A stretch of DNA of 64,000 nt from Lentisphaeria bacterium (GTDB taxonomy: Bacteria > Verrucomicrobiota > Lentisphaeria > JABSQK01 > JAWLHB01). Under the pieces are notes generated by a model. It had not been told where the DNA came from. It searched no databases and saw only the letters and a list, made by a program, of their open reading frames with translations. Every line of letters begins with the position of its first letter. Position 1 is the stretch's first letter. The position numbers and the translations under genes were made by a program. The stretch is from assembly GCA_041690595.1 (NCBI GenBank), contig JAWLHB010000008.1, positions 1-64,000 of the forward strand, read 5' to 3'. Below are positions 1-10,250 of the stretch, in pieces.

Positions 1-470
1 GGCGAGAAGTACCTGTCCCCAGATTGTGTCCCTGTCCCCAGATTGTGCGACTTCTGTCCCCGAACTTGAGGCGAGAAGTACCTGTCCCCAGATTGTGCCT
101 GTCCCCGAACTTGAGGCGAGAAGTACCTGTCCCCAGATTGTGCCTGTCCCCAGATTGTGTCTCCCCAGATTGTGCGACTTCTGTCCCCGAACTTGAGGCG
201 AGAAGTACCTGTCCCCAGATTGTGTCTTCAGCTCAGGACAAGTCGGACAAGTCGGACATGCTGCGTGCACCGCAGATGCCCGTCGGGGGGGGGACGGACG
301 ATCTCGAAGGGGCATGGCCTAGGGCGGTGCCTGGCCGAATGGTGCCAGCTACGCCGATGAGGACGCGGGCATCATCCGTGCGACTTCTGTCCCCGAACTT
401 GAGGCGAGAAGTACCTGTCCCCGAACTTGTGTCCCCGAACTTGAGGCGAGAAGTACCTGTCCCCGGATTG
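1..470. repeat. Mosaic short-repeat cluster built on CTGTCCCC (REP-like)
   Basis: GAGGCGAGAAGTACCTGTCCCC at 1 (partial), 68, 113, 195, 401, 443, interleaved with CTGTCCCCAGATTGTG and CTGTCCCCGAACTT; runs off the window start. Confidence 0.9.
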
Positions 471-635
471 AGGCGCTTCGTTCCCGGAAAGGAATCTGCC
501 GCTCCGCTGCCCTCTGCCGAACCTCGCCACGATGTGCGATGACTGCTTTGAATTGAGATGGCATGGCTGAGGCCGAACAGCGGAACAGCAGCCGCATCCA
601 GTTGATCAGCGGGGGCAAGCGTGATACGTTACCCC

Positions 636-1259
636 ATGCGGAACATCTCCTCCTACCTCCACAATGATGATACTCTGCCCGTTTTTCCCCTGCCGGAATT
701 CGTGCTCTTTCCTGGCGTCACGGCGCCACTGCATATCTTCGAACCACGCTACCGCCAGATGATTCAGCATGCGTTGGACGGTAAGGGTGTCTTCTGCATG
801 GCACTGCTCCGTGACGGATCGCGAGGGCGGCATCTGGGTAATCCCGATTTCTGGGGGATGGGCTGCGCCTGCCGCCTGCTCGACTATGACAAGCTGCCGG
901 ACGGCCGCTATAACATCCTGGTGGAGGGGCTGGTCAAAGTCCGCATGCGGGAACTTCCCGGCAAGGCACTCTACCGCACCGCACAGGTAACGCTGACGCC
1001 GGCGGAAGAGGATCCTCCTGTGGAGCCCCACAAGGAAGAGCGCATCCGACTTCTGATGAGCCGGATCATGGCCGCGACTCCCGAGGCGCCCCAGCCGCCT
1101 GAAGAAAGCCTGGAGAAGGTCGCCTTTCCCATGCTGCTCAACCTCATGGCGTATCACTGCCCGGTCGCGGTCGAGGACAAGCTCAAACTCCTCTACGCAC
1201 CCACGGTCTCGCAGCTCTGCGATCGTCTCATCAAGCTCTACGATACAGTGGATTTCTGA
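636..1259 (+). CDS. Lon peptidase N-terminal (substrate-binding) domain protein
   Basis: LPVFPLPEFVLFPGVTAPLHIFEPRYRQM and LPDGRYNI motifs; no AAA or protease domain; ATG 636 preferred over GTG 621. Confidence 0.85.
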   Translation: MRNISSYLHNDDTLPVFPLPEFVLFPGVTAPLHIFEPRYRQMIQHALDGKGVFCMALLRDGSRGRHLGNPDFWGMGCACRLLDYDKLPDGRYNILVEGLVKVRMRELPGKALYRTAQVTLTPAEEDPPVEPHKEERIRLLMSRIMAATPEAPQPPEESLEKVAFPMLLNLMAYHCPVAVEDKLKLLYAPTVSQLCDRLIKLYDTVDF

Positions 1260-1266
1260 CCTCGTA

Positions 1267-2379
1267 TCACTGCAGGGCCATTTCCAGGGCCAGCATGGCA
1301 TAGGCGGTGGTGAGGTGTGGATTGTCTTCCATCCACAGCGGCCGCACGTTGCGCCATTCGCCTTGCCCCTTCTGGCGGCTCAGGAGTTGGTTGATCACCG
1401 CGCGACGCCAGTTGAGCCGGCTCCCATCCGGCAGCTCGATTGTATCGTCCTTGAGCAGCTTGTGAGTCGAGACGAGCATGTAGTAGTAATAGTAGAGCCC
1501 GCCCTCACCCAAGCCGGGATTCTCCGTGATGCTGAAATGACGCAGCAGCCACTCCCGGGCGGCCTGCAGCGTCGAGTCGTCGGGTTCCATTCCGGCGTAC
1601 ATGAGACTCTTGACCGCGCCATAGGTCAGGCTGCCCCAGACCGGCTCATGCTGCAGCAGTTCCCCGTGCCGCTGCTGGTCGTCGCCAACCGTCACGTCAA
1701 GAGGATAGTAGGTGAACCCGCCGCGATCCTCCGCCGCGAAGCCTTCGGTATCGCCGGGTACTTGACAACTGGCAATGACCTTCTTGGCGACTCGCCAGAG
1801 TTGTTGGAGTTGCGCTTGCTTCAGGTCGTCCTCCGGGCGCGGCGACTGGCGTGCCACGTGCAACGCTTCCAGCGCCCAATGGGTATTGGAGATATCCGGG
1901 TAGGTTGCGGTGGCGTAGCGGAAGCCGAGCCCGCCATAGCCGGGGCCGGTTGGCAACTGCGAAGCAATGAGGCGATCCTGAAGGCGCAGCACCTGATCGC
2001 GGTGGTCGTCCGCATCAAGACTGCTAAGCGCCAACAGTACGCCGGCAGTCGAGTAGATATCCAGATCGCCGGGGATCCGGCTGATGGAACCATCCGCACG
2101 CACCCGCGCCGCGACAAAAGCCGCCGCACCGGCAATGGCCTGCCCCACCTCTTCGCGTTCCATGTCAGGACTGTGAAGCAAGGCCAGCAGGCACATCGCC
2201 GTGATGCCTGGATGAGCAGACCAGGAGCCATCCCGAGCCTGCTCCGCCAGCAGGTAGCCCGCCGCCCGGCCCAGCGCCGCGTGCGTCTCCAGCGAGACGG
2301 AGAGTTCGACCTCCGGCTCGACTGGCTGGCAGTAGCCGGCCAGGGTCACAACGAGCAGGATCAGGACAAGGCGGCACAT
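1267..2379 (-). CDS. Exported prenyltransferase/squalene-oxidase repeat (terpene-cyclase-like) protein
   Basis: QARDGSW, GGLGFRY..PDISNT, GGFTYYP, QKGQGEW QW-type repeats; hydrophobic N-terminus. Confidence 0.75.
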   Translation of the reverse strand: MCRLVLILLVVTLAGYCQPVEPEVELSVSLETHAALGRAAGYLLAEQARDGSWSAHPGITAMCLLALLHSPDMEREEVGQAIAGAAAFVAARVRADGSISRIPGDLDIYSTAGVLLALSSLDADDHRDQVLRLQDRLIASQLPTGPGYGGLGFRYATATYPDISNTHWALEALHVARQSPRPEDDLKQAQLQQLWRVAKKVIASCQVPGDTEGFAAEDRGGFTYYPLDVTVGDDQQRHGELLQHEPVWGSLTYGAVKSLMYAGMEPDDSTLQAAREWLLRHFSITENPGLGEGGLYYYYYMLVSTHKLLKDDTIELPDGSRLNWRRAVINQLLSRQKGQGEWRNVRPLWMEDNPHLTTAYAMLALEMALQ

Positions 2380-2410
2380 GGACTTCTCCGGGGGTGAGGG
2401 TTGTCGCTAC

Positions 2411-3574
2411 CTAAGATAGCACCTCTTTGGCTGCATTGCGGAGTTTGCGGATCAGCGCCGTCACCTCGTCCCGTTTCCGGTCGGGATGATTCCCGATCAT
2501 CACCGTGCGATTGAGGATGTCGAGGGACTTCTCGCACATCTGCGGCGAGTAGTCCATGCGGCATTCCTTGTTTTCGGGCATGAGGAATGGATTGAGGCTG
2601 GGATGGTGACCGCCCTTGTGATCGAGGATGGCATGCCAGACGGTGTAGACGTGGCGCCCAGTCTTGCCGGCGATGCCGCACCCGGCCGCTGCCGCGAATG
2701 CCTCGGCCTGCGCAACGGAGGGAAGGGTGAACATGGTATGCGTACCGCACTCATGATCGATGCTGTTGAGGCGCGCCGGGAGGAGGCCGGTATCGGCGGT
2801 TTCCTTGAGGATGCGCTTCTTCTGGCGGCGCATCGCCTTGATCATGGAGTCGATGCGATCGAGCTGCACATTGAGGATGGCCCCGGCGATCTCCGTCGCC
2901 CTGGCACCATTGCTGATATAGTGTTCCGCCTGCTTCTGGTCGCCGGTCCAGTAGTAGCTGCAGCAGTCGATGCCACACTGCGCACGCTGCATGAGGGCCG
3001 GGTCGTTGGTGACGATGGCACCCCCCTCACCGGCAGTCATGTTCTTGTAGAAATTGAAGCTGAAGGCGCCCATGTCGCCGATAGTGCCCAGTTTGCGCCC
3101 TTCGTAGCCGCCGCCGACGCCTTGGCAAGCATCTTCGATCACCAGCAACTTGTGGCGCTTGCAGATATCCATGATACGATTCATATCGCAGGGCAGCCCC
3201 CACATGTGCACCGGAATGACGGCGCGGGTGCGCGGCCCCACGGCAGCTTCAAGGGCGTCCGGATCGAGGGTCAGAGTATCGGCGATGTCGACGATCACGG
3301 GGATCGCCCCAGCCGCGAGAACCGCGACGGCGGTTGCCATGTAGGTGTGACAGGGAACGATCACCTCGTCGCCCGGACCGATCTGGAGTGCCTGCAGGCC
3401 GGCAGTCAGGGCGTTCGTACCGCTGGCCGTCATGAGCACGTGCTTGACGTCGAGATACTTGGCATAGCGCGCTTCGAAACGGCTGCACTCCCCACCTTTC
3501 ATGTAGCGAAACGGTTGCCCGCCGAGCAGTACTTTTGCCACGGCATCCACTTCTTCCTGACCAATCTTATACAT
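2411..3574 (-). CDS. DegT/DnrJ/EryC1/StrS family PLP-dependent aminotransferase
   Basis: GIGPGDEVIVP-like segment, IEDACQG, FSFNFYKNMTAGEGG. Confidence 0.92.
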   Translation of the reverse strand: MYKIGQEEVDAVAKVLLGGQPFRYMKGGECSRFEARYAKYLDVKHVLMTASGTNALTAGLQALQIGPGDEVIVPCHTYMATAVAVLAAGAIPVIVDIADTLTLDPDALEAAVGPRTRAVIPVHMWGLPCDMNRIMDICKRHKLLVIEDACQGVGGGYEGRKLGTIGDMGAFSFNFYKNMTAGEGGAIVTNDPALMQRAQCGIDCCSYYWTGDQKQAEHYISNGARATEIAGAILNVQLDRIDSMIKAMRRQKKRILKETADTGLLPARLNSIDHECGTHTMFTLPSVAQAEAFAAAAGCGIAGKTGRHVYTVWHAILDHKGGHHPSLNPFLMPENKECRMDYSPQMCEKSLDILNRTVMIGNHPDRKRDEVTALIRKLRNAAKEVLS

Positions 3575-3577
3575 AGC

Positions 3578-4381
3578 TTATTCCTTCAGATGATTGCGTT
3601 CGTGTTGTTTCGCTTCATTCCAGAGGGCATCCAGCTCCGCCAGGTTGTACGCCTCGAAGGGGCGACCACTCGCTTCAACGGATTCTTCGATATGCCGAAA
3701 CCGGCGATAGAATTTCCGCACGGTGTGTCGCAGAATCTCCTCAGCCGATTCCTTGCGGTAACGGGTGAGATTGGCGATGGAAAAGAGCAAATCACCGATC
3801 TCTTCGTGAACGGCACTGGGTTCCCCCTCGCGCAACGCCTGCTTCAATTCTTCAAGCTCTTCTTCGATCTTGTCGATCACCCCTTCGACAGCCGGCCAGT
3901 CAAAACCGAGTTTGGCGGCCTTGCGTTGAATCTTCTCCGCCTGGCTCAGTGCCGGCAAATGACGGGGCACGCCATCGAGTGCAGAGGTACGCGTACGCGA
4001 GGTCGACTCCTCCCGCTTGATCTCCTCCCATTGGCGCAGCACGGCATCGCTGTCATCGACCGCGGCCTCCCCAAAGACATGCGGATGCCGACGGATCAAC
4101 TTCGTGCAGATACCGCGCGCCACCTGCTGAAGGTCAAAACGCCCTTCTTCCTGGGCAATCTGCGCATGAAAGACGACCTGCAGGAGGACATCGCCGAGTT
4201 CATCGCGAAGCTGTTCGTCATCGCCATCATCAATGGCATCGACCAGCTCGTACGCTTCCTCGATCAGATATTGCTTCAGCGTCTGGTGGTCCTGCTCCTG
4301 ATCCCAGGGGCAGCCATCCGGGGCGCGAAGGCGCGCCATGATCTCCACCAACTCCGCCAGCCAATCTTTCTTTTCGTCCAT
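3578..4381 (-). CDS. mazG: Nucleoside triphosphate pyrophosphohydrolase MazG
   Basis: RLRAPDGCPWDQEQ, EEAYE, ELGDVLLQVVFH, second domain EEIGDLLF; start re-set to ATG 4381. Confidence 0.95.
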   Translation of the reverse strand: MDEKKDWLAELVEIMARLRAPDGCPWDQEQDHQTLKQYLIEEAYELVDAIDDGDDEQLRDELGDVLLQVVFHAQIAQEEGRFDLQQVARGICTKLIRRHPHVFGEAAVDDSDAVLRQWEEIKREESTSRTRTSALDGVPRHLPALSQAEKIQRKAAKLGFDWPAVEGVIDKIEEELEELKQALREGEPSAVHEEIGDLLFSIANLTRYRKESAEEILRHTVRKFYRRFRHIEESVEASGRPFEAYNLAELDALWNEAKQHERNHLKE

Positions 4382-4658
4382 GTCGTCAATGATCCTCAAA
4401 AAATCGCGTCCGTGAAGCCCCTCAGATGAATATGGTAGCTTCACCCGGAAAGTCCAGACTGAGCTTCGGGAAAAGCCCGACACACGTCACGTCGCCCAAT
4501 TCACGAATCTTACTTCAGTCACGATGATTGTTTCGCCAAATGGCCATACTTGAGTGAATTTTTCGCAAAGCCTGTTTTTCCTGCAGAGTACTGCGTTAAT
4601 CTAGGATAGTGAAAAGCTGATATTCAGTGCGACGTACCCGACACCTGAGAGGCATAAG

Positions 4659-4973
4659 ATGAACAGGCACGAGCAAGAGCAGCGTATCTTGTGGGAGTAT
4701 CGGCGGCAGGCGAATCTGTGGGAACCCCTGCCGTCGGAGATGTTTCTCGAAACTTCCCCCAATGGGGAGGTCCATCTGCCACTGCATGAAATCTGCGGCA
4801 CTCATCTGGTCTTCATGACCAATCGCAAGGAAGCCGAGGGACTCGGCAACCGGGCTTGCCAGACCATTCCTGATTGGATTCCGCCGCCCGCCTTCCAGCT
4901 GTCGGAGTTCGACCTGGTCCAGCTCGGCTTCATCACCCTCCTTGCCTCCCCCACCAAGCGCCTCCAAAGCTGA
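4659..4973 (+). CDS. Hypothetical protein (104 aa)
   Basis: GAGAGG RBS before ATG, divergent from mazG; no recognisable motif. Confidence 0.5.
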   Translation: MNRHEQEQRILWEYRRQANLWEPLPSEMFLETSPNGEVHLPLHEICGTHLVFMTNRKEAEGLGNRACQTIPDWIPPPAFQLSEFDLVQLGFITLLASPTKRLQS

Positions 4974-5108
4974 CCCCTACCCTTCCTGCTCGTCCCTGCT
5001 GCTTTCCTCGCGGCAAAGCCAGAGAAAGCCTTTTCGCTTGTGGCTGACAGATACTCCGATTACCTTATCGAACTATCGACCTTTCTCAACCATTTTCAGG
5101 ATAACTCC

Positions 5109-5873
5109 ATGAGCAAGCATTCACTTTCCAGTCAGCAGACCGATCACTACCAGCAGAACGGGTACGTCATCTGGGAAAACGCCTTCACGCCCGAGGAATG
5201 CGACGCATTCGTCGCGCACATGATGGATCTGCAAGCTGGGCGCAAGAAGCTGGAAGGCTTCGCCGCCAGGGAGCCGGACAACTGGGGGCGCACCCACAAC
5301 CAGCATGTCTATGACCCCGATGCTCTGGCCCTGATCCTGGATCCTCGCCTCCGTCAGCCCCTCGCCCAGTGTTTCGGGGAAGAGGCCGATGCCATCCAGA
5401 CCATGTACTTCTGGGTGGGCTCCACCCAGCGGCGTCATCAGGATGCCTATTATCTGCCCGACTGCATGAGCGCCTGGATCGCTCTGACTGATGTCAGCAC
5501 GGAGAATGGCACCATCTGGGTCCAGCCCGGTTCACACCGTGGTAAGCTGATCACGCCCGCCGACCTTGGCGCGCGTGCCGCCATGGAAGTTGAACCGCGC
5601 GAGCGCTACAACGACAAGATGGATGAGTTGTTCGAGCAGAATCGCCGGGAGCATGGCTGGGGAGAGGTAGCGGTCGAGGCGCCAAAGGGCTCGGTTGTGC
5701 TCTTTCACGGCCATTTGATCCATCGCGGCGGCCCCATCGGCAAGCCCGGCTCGTTTCGCCATGTCATGGCCTGCCACTACATCCCCCACAACGCCACCTC
5801 GTGGCCATACGCCGACTGGCCACGCTACACCTTCGACGGCACGAAGTACTTCAGCGAGACCCCCGCCGAATAG
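5109..5873 (+). CDS. Phytanoyl-CoA dioxygenase (PhyH) family Fe(II)/2OG dioxygenase
   Basis: HQD facial-triad motif, WIALTD..ENG..V.PGSH, distal LIHRGG. Confidence 0.88.
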   Translation: MSKHSLSSQQTDHYQQNGYVIWENAFTPEECDAFVAHMMDLQAGRKKLEGFAAREPDNWGRTHNQHVYDPDALALILDPRLRQPLAQCFGEEADAIQTMYFWVGSTQRRHQDAYYLPDCMSAWIALTDVSTENGTIWVQPGSHRGKLITPADLGARAAMEVEPRERYNDKMDELFEQNRREHGWGEVAVEAPKGSVVLFHGHLIHRGGPIGKPGSFRHVMACHYIPHNATSWPYADWPRYTFDGTKYFSETPAE

Positions 5874-5980
5874 AGAAATCGCTTCGGATGCCGATCATGG
5901 CTCGACTATGGACGACAGGATGTGTAGAGTTCCGCTCCGCACTCTGCCAAATGAACGCCTGCATGTGAAGGATATCTCTT

Positions 5981-7318
5981 ATGTCATCTCCGAAGATTGT
6001 CATGGTCGGCGGCGGCTCCAACGCCTGGACGCCCAACATCGTCAAAGACATGATGCTCACCCCCGAACTGGCCAATAGCCACTTCGTCCTCTATGACATC
6101 GACAGAGCGGCGGCAGAGCTGGTCAAGGGCTACCTGGACAAGCTGGACGACCAGCATCTGCATGGCGGCGCCACCATCGTCGCCACCGACGTGCCGGAGG
6201 AGGCATTCGAGGGGGCCGATTACGTCATCATCACCATTTCAACGGGCCGCCTGGAGTCCATGGCGCACGACCTGGCGATTCCGGAAAGCTTTGGCATCTA
6301 CCATACCGTCGGCGACACCTCCGGCCCTGGCGGCTGGGCTCGCGCCATCCGCAATTACGACGCCTTCGTCGAGCTGGCCGACTACATCAATCGCTATTGC
6401 CCGACCGCGATGGTCCTCAACTACACCAATCCCATGACCGTCCTCACCGGCCTTCTCCGCGACCTCTGCCAGGGGCCGGTAGTCGGACTCTGCCACGGCC
6501 TTTTCGAGAACCTCCGCTTCATCCGGGATCTTTACAAGCTGGAAAGCGAAGACGAAATCTCCGCCCGCTATGCTGGGGTCAACCACTTCTTCTGGATCAC
6601 GGAGTGCCGAGCCGCGGGGCGGGATGTTCTGGCCGATCTCTCGGAGCGCCTTGCGGTGCATTCGCTTACGGATCTGCTGCGCGATCTGTCGCCGGATCCG
6701 ATGGGCTTCAGCTCCAATCGTGAGCTGGCCACCATGCTCTTCCGCCACACCGGCATCATGCCCTATATCGGCGATCGTCACACCTGTGAGTTCTTCCCCA
6801 CCTACCTCACCAGCAATGAGAATCTTGCCGCCTACAAGCTCGTACGTACAACCATCGAAGAGCGCTACGAAGCTTTCAACACGCGACAGCGGAGACTCCA
6901 GGAGATGGTCAACGGCACGGAGTCCATCGAGGCGCCGAGCCGCAGCCGCGAGACAGCCGCGGATATCGTGGCCGCTCATCTCACCGGCCAAACCTTTGTC
7001 GATGTCGGCAATCTGCGCAACATCGGCCAGGTAGCCAATCTGCCCTTCGGCAGCGTGGTGGAGACTCCGGTCCTTGTGGATGGAACCGGGTTCTCGCCCA
7101 TCTGCCAGGGGAACCTGCCCGAGCCCGCGGTCGCATATGTCGAGCCTTACACCTTCGTCTTCGACATGACCTTGACGGCCTGCCATGAAGGGGATCGCCG
7201 CAAAGCCATCCAGGCCCTGCGCCTCGACCCGGTGACCTCCCATCTCACCACCGAGCAGGTGACCGACCTCGCCAACCAGCTTCTCGTCGCCCACGCGCCC
7301 TATATCACCGTCTTCTGA
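5981..7318 (+). CDS. Glycoside hydrolase family 4 (NAD-dependent alpha-galactosidase/glucosidase-like)
   Basis: KIVMVGGGS, GDTSGPGG, LNYTNPM, GLCHG, GVNHFFW. Confidence 0.9.
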   Translation: MSSPKIVMVGGGSNAWTPNIVKDMMLTPELANSHFVLYDIDRAAAELVKGYLDKLDDQHLHGGATIVATDVPEEAFEGADYVIITISTGRLESMAHDLAIPESFGIYHTVGDTSGPGGWARAIRNYDAFVELADYINRYCPTAMVLNYTNPMTVLTGLLRDLCQGPVVGLCHGLFENLRFIRDLYKLESEDEISARYAGVNHFFWITECRAAGRDVLADLSERLAVHSLTDLLRDLSPDPMGFSSNRELATMLFRHTGIMPYIGDRHTCEFFPTYLTSNENLAAYKLVRTTIEERYEAFNTRQRRLQEMVNGTESIEAPSRSRETAADIVAAHLTGQTFVDVGNLRNIGQVANLPFGSVVETPVLVDGTGFSPICQGNLPEPAVAYVEPYTFVFDMTLTACHEGDRRKAIQALRLDPVTSHLTTEQVTDLANQLLVAHAPYITVF

Positions 7319-7324
7319 AGAAGA

Positions 7325-7358
7325 AAGCCCCGCCGGCTAAGAACAACCGGCGGGGCTT
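7325..7358 (-). terminator. Intrinsic terminator hairpin between convergent GH4 gene and fdhA
   Basis: Perfect 12-bp stem AAGCCCCGCCGG / CCGGCGGGGCTT with 10-nt loop; pyrimidine-rich tail on the minus strand. Confidence 0.75.
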
Positions 7359-7378
7359 CCAGAACGGACAACGAATCC

Positions 7379-8572
7379 TTACGCGGCGACAATGCCGTGG
7401 GGATCGAGGACGAACTTCTTCGCGGCACCCTTGTCGAAGTCGCGATAGCCGCTGGGAGCGGCGTCGAGGCTGATCGTGGTGACGTTGACGGCGCCGGCGA
7501 TGTCGATCTTGTCGTAGAGGATCGCATTCATCAACTGGCGGTGGTAGCGCATCACGGGGCACTGACCAGTGACCAGGAAGTGTGACTTGGCCCAGCCGAG
7601 CCCGATGCGGATACCGAGCTGGCCGATCTTGGCATTCTCATCCGCCGCGCCCGGATCACCGGTCACATAGAGGCCCGGGATACCGATGCCGCCGCCGGCG
7701 CGGGTAATCTCCATCATCGAGTTGAGGACGGTGGCCGGATGTTCTTCGCAGGAGCAGCCGCCATGGCCGCGGGCTTCGAAGCCGACGCAGTCAATGCCCG
7801 CGTCCACTTCGGGAACGCCGATGATCTGCTCGATCTGCTGGGATACGGTGGCATCGCTGCGACTGACGTCGACCGTCTCGCAACCGAAGCTGCGAGCCTG
7901 TGCCAACCGCTCTGGAATGAGGTCGCCCACGATGACGCAGGCAGCGCCAAGCAGGTGACACGAAGCGGCGCAGGCCAGTCCGACGGGCCCGGCGCCCGCA
8001 ACGTAGGCGATGGAGCCGGGACCGACGCCCGCGGTCACCGCGCCATGAAAGCCGGTCGGGAAGATGTCGCTCAGCAAGGTCAGGTCCTTGATCTTCGCCA
8101 ACGCGTGATCCCGATCCGGAAACTTGAGGAGATTGAAGTCCGCATAGGGGACCATCACGTATTCCGATTGGCCGCCCACCCAGCCACCCATGTCGACGTA
8201 GCCATAGGCGGCGCCCGGGCGAGCCGGATTGACGTTCAGGCAGATCCCCGTCTTGCCTTCCTTGCAGTTGCGGCAACGGCCGCAGGCAATATTGAAGGGG
8301 ACGGAGACGATGTCGCCGACCGATATGTACTCCACATCGCTGCCGGCTTCGATCACCTCGCCGGTGATTTCATGCCCCAGCACCAGCCCTGCCGGAGCGG
8401 TGGTACGACCGCGAACCATGTGTTGATCGCTGCCGCAGATGTTGGTGGAGACAACCTTGAGGATTACTCCGTGTTCACATCGGCGATTGCCCAGTGCCAG
8501 CTTCGGAAAGTCGATGGATTGGACTTCCACTTTACCGGGCTCCAGATAAACCACGCCACGATTCTCTGCCAT
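7379..8572 (-). CDS. fdhA: Glutathione-independent formaldehyde dehydrogenase
   Basis: TNICGSDQHMVRGRT, LGHEITGEV, GYVDMGGWVGGQ, LSDIFPTG, FDKGAAKKFVLDPH. Confidence 0.95.
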   Translation of the reverse strand: MAENRGVVYLEPGKVEVQSIDFPKLALGNRRCEHGVILKVVSTNICGSDQHMVRGRTTAPAGLVLGHEITGEVIEAGSDVEYISVGDIVSVPFNIACGRCRNCKEGKTGICLNVNPARPGAAYGYVDMGGWVGGQSEYVMVPYADFNLLKFPDRDHALAKIKDLTLLSDIFPTGFHGAVTAGVGPGSIAYVAGAGPVGLACAASCHLLGAACVIVGDLIPERLAQARSFGCETVDVSRSDATVSQQIEQIIGVPEVDAGIDCVGFEARGHGGCSCEEHPATVLNSMMEITRAGGGIGIPGLYVTGDPGAADENAKIGQLGIRIGLGWAKSHFLVTGQCPVMRYHRQLMNAILYDKIDIAGAVNVTTISLDAAPSGYRDFDKGAAKKFVLDPHGIVAA

Positions 8573-8683
8573 CTTGCGCTTGCTCCTTGCCTGATTCGAT
8601 TAGTGTGATACGCGGCGATGCGCATTTCCTTAAAATTATGTAAAGTATTCTCCAATACAAGCACCGGGCCAGATTTGTCAGGG

Positions 8684-9613
8684 TCAGGCGTCCTGCAGCC
8701 GGGCAACGATTTCATCAACGAAGGTATCCATGTACTCTGGACCATAGGCGGAGGCATGGGGCATGATCAGCAGATTGGGCGCCTGGCGCAACGGCGAATC
8801 CATGGGCAGGGGTTCCTTCTGGAAGACATCGAGGCAGGCGCCTCCCAGAGTGCCTTGCCGCAGGGCGTCGACAAGGGCTGCCTCGTCAATGCAGTTGCCG
8901 CGCCCGAGGTTGTGCACCCAGGCGTAGGAGGGCAGCAGGCTGAAGCGCCGGCGGTCGAGAAGAAGGTCGGTGGCGCTGCCGCTCGGCAGGCAGACCACAA
9001 GGTGATCCGTGTCCGGCAGGATCGCGTCCAATTCGGCCATTGTGGCGAGGCGGTCTTGGGAATTGAAGTAGTCGGGCCGTTCCCCGCCATGCCGGTTGAT
9101 GCCGGTAAGGCGAGGTCCGAAAGGCTTGGCCAGGCGGCCGATCCAGCGCCCGATGTTACCGAAGCCCAGGATGACAACATGGGAATCGCGTAACAGACGC
9201 ATGGAGCTTGACAGCAGCGCGGAGGGCCATGGATCGCACCCCTTCGCCTGCATCGCGAGAATAATCCCGCGACTGGCGCCAAGTAGCATGCCAACCGCCG
9301 TCTCCCCCATCAGCTTTCCGTGAAAGCTCCCATAGAACTGCCGGACATGGGGTGGTGGCGAAACCGCAAAATAATCCCTTCCCGCGGCGGGAGTGATCAG
9401 CCACCGCAGCCGCGGCGCCAGGTCGAACCACGCCTGCTCGAATCGCCAGACGATGACGATCCGTGCCTCTGGAAGAAAGTGCAGCAAGTCTGCTTCGTCG
9501 CGGCAGATCGTGATGTCGAGTTCCGGCATGGCCCGCTTGAGCCGCTCCACCTGAAGCGGCCCGAAATTGAAGCAGGGAGTGCCCATGTTGTTGAGATAAA
9601 CGATAGTACGCAT
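8684..9613 (-). CDS. D-isomer specific 2-hydroxyacid dehydrogenase
   Basis: GFGNIG Rossmann motif, NLGRG..DEAAL, LDVFQKEPL, PHAS. Confidence 0.88.
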   Translation of the reverse strand: MRTIVYLNNMGTPCFNFGPLQVERLKRAMPELDITICRDEADLLHFLPEARIVIVWRFEQAWFDLAPRLRWLITPAAGRDYFAVSPPPHVRQFYGSFHGKLMGETAVGMLLGASRGIILAMQAKGCDPWPSALLSSSMRLLRDSHVVILGFGNIGRWIGRLAKPFGPRLTGINRHGGERPDYFNSQDRLATMAELDAILPDTDHLVVCLPSGSATDLLLDRRRFSLLPSYAWVHNLGRGNCIDEAALVDALRQGTLGGACLDVFQKEPLPMDSPLRQAPNLLIMPHASAYGPEYMDTFVDEIVARLQDA

Positions 9614-9659
9614 AGAGGAACCTTAATGGAAAAAGAGGTCGTCTGTCAAACCGCTCCGT

Positions 9660-10232
9660 TCAGATCCACTTGTCGTCCGGCGGCTCGTAACTATAGCTTT
9701 CGAGACAGGGTAGCACCTCATCGACATCGTTCACCACATGGTAGAGGGCGAGGGACTCTGCCCGGGCAAAGCGACCGGTCACAAAGTGCTGGAAGACCTC
9801 CAGCAGCGGATCGTAGAAGCCCTTGTAGTTGACCAGCACGATCGGCTTGCGGTGGTAGTGCAGTTGCTTCAGGGTGATGACCTCGATCAGCTCTTCGAGG
9901 GTGCCGAAGCCGCCCGGCAGCACGATGTAGAGATCGCCCAACTCCTCCATGAGCGCTTTACGCTCACCCATGGTGCGGGTGACGATCAGTTCGTCGGCTT
10001 CGGCGTAATCGAGTCCCTTGCCGGCGAGATACTCGGGAATGACACCCGTCACTTCACCGCCCGCGGCATGAACGGCAGCCGCCAGCGCGCCCATGCAGCC
10101 GATATTGGCGCCCCCGTAGACCAGGCGATAGCCGCCTTGCGCCAGCAGCGAACCAAGGCGCTGCGACAGCTCCAGGAAGTGAGGCGCCACGGCCTGGCTC
10201 GACGAACAGTAAACAGATGCACTCTTGCCCAT
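9660..10232 (-). CDS. LOG family (TIGR00730) nucleotide phosphoribohydrolase
   Basis: LVYGG, ERKALM, LPGGFGTLEE. Confidence 0.92.
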   Translation of the reverse strand: MGKSASVYCSSSQAVAPHFLELSQRLGSLLAQGGYRLVYGGANIGCMGALAAAVHAAGGEVTGVIPEYLAGKGLDYAEADELIVTRTMGERKALMEELGDLYIVLPGGFGTLEELIEVITLKQLHYHRKPIVLVNYKGFYDPLLEVFQHFVTGRFARAESLALYHVVNDVDEVLPCLESYSYEPPDDKWI

Positions 10233-10250
10233 GGCTTCCTTTCCGGTTGG

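Noticed and set aside
1..470. CRISPR array or repeat-protein CDS (ORF 24..542)
   Set aside because: Irregular period, no unique spacers; the ORF is a translation of the DNA repeat
2486..4429. Long antisense ORFs (also 12003..14270, 16683..18347, 23003..25039, 25786..28272, 43168..44814, 49641..51392, 54135..55844)
   Set aside because: Shadow frames of well-supported genes in GC-rich DNA; no motifs
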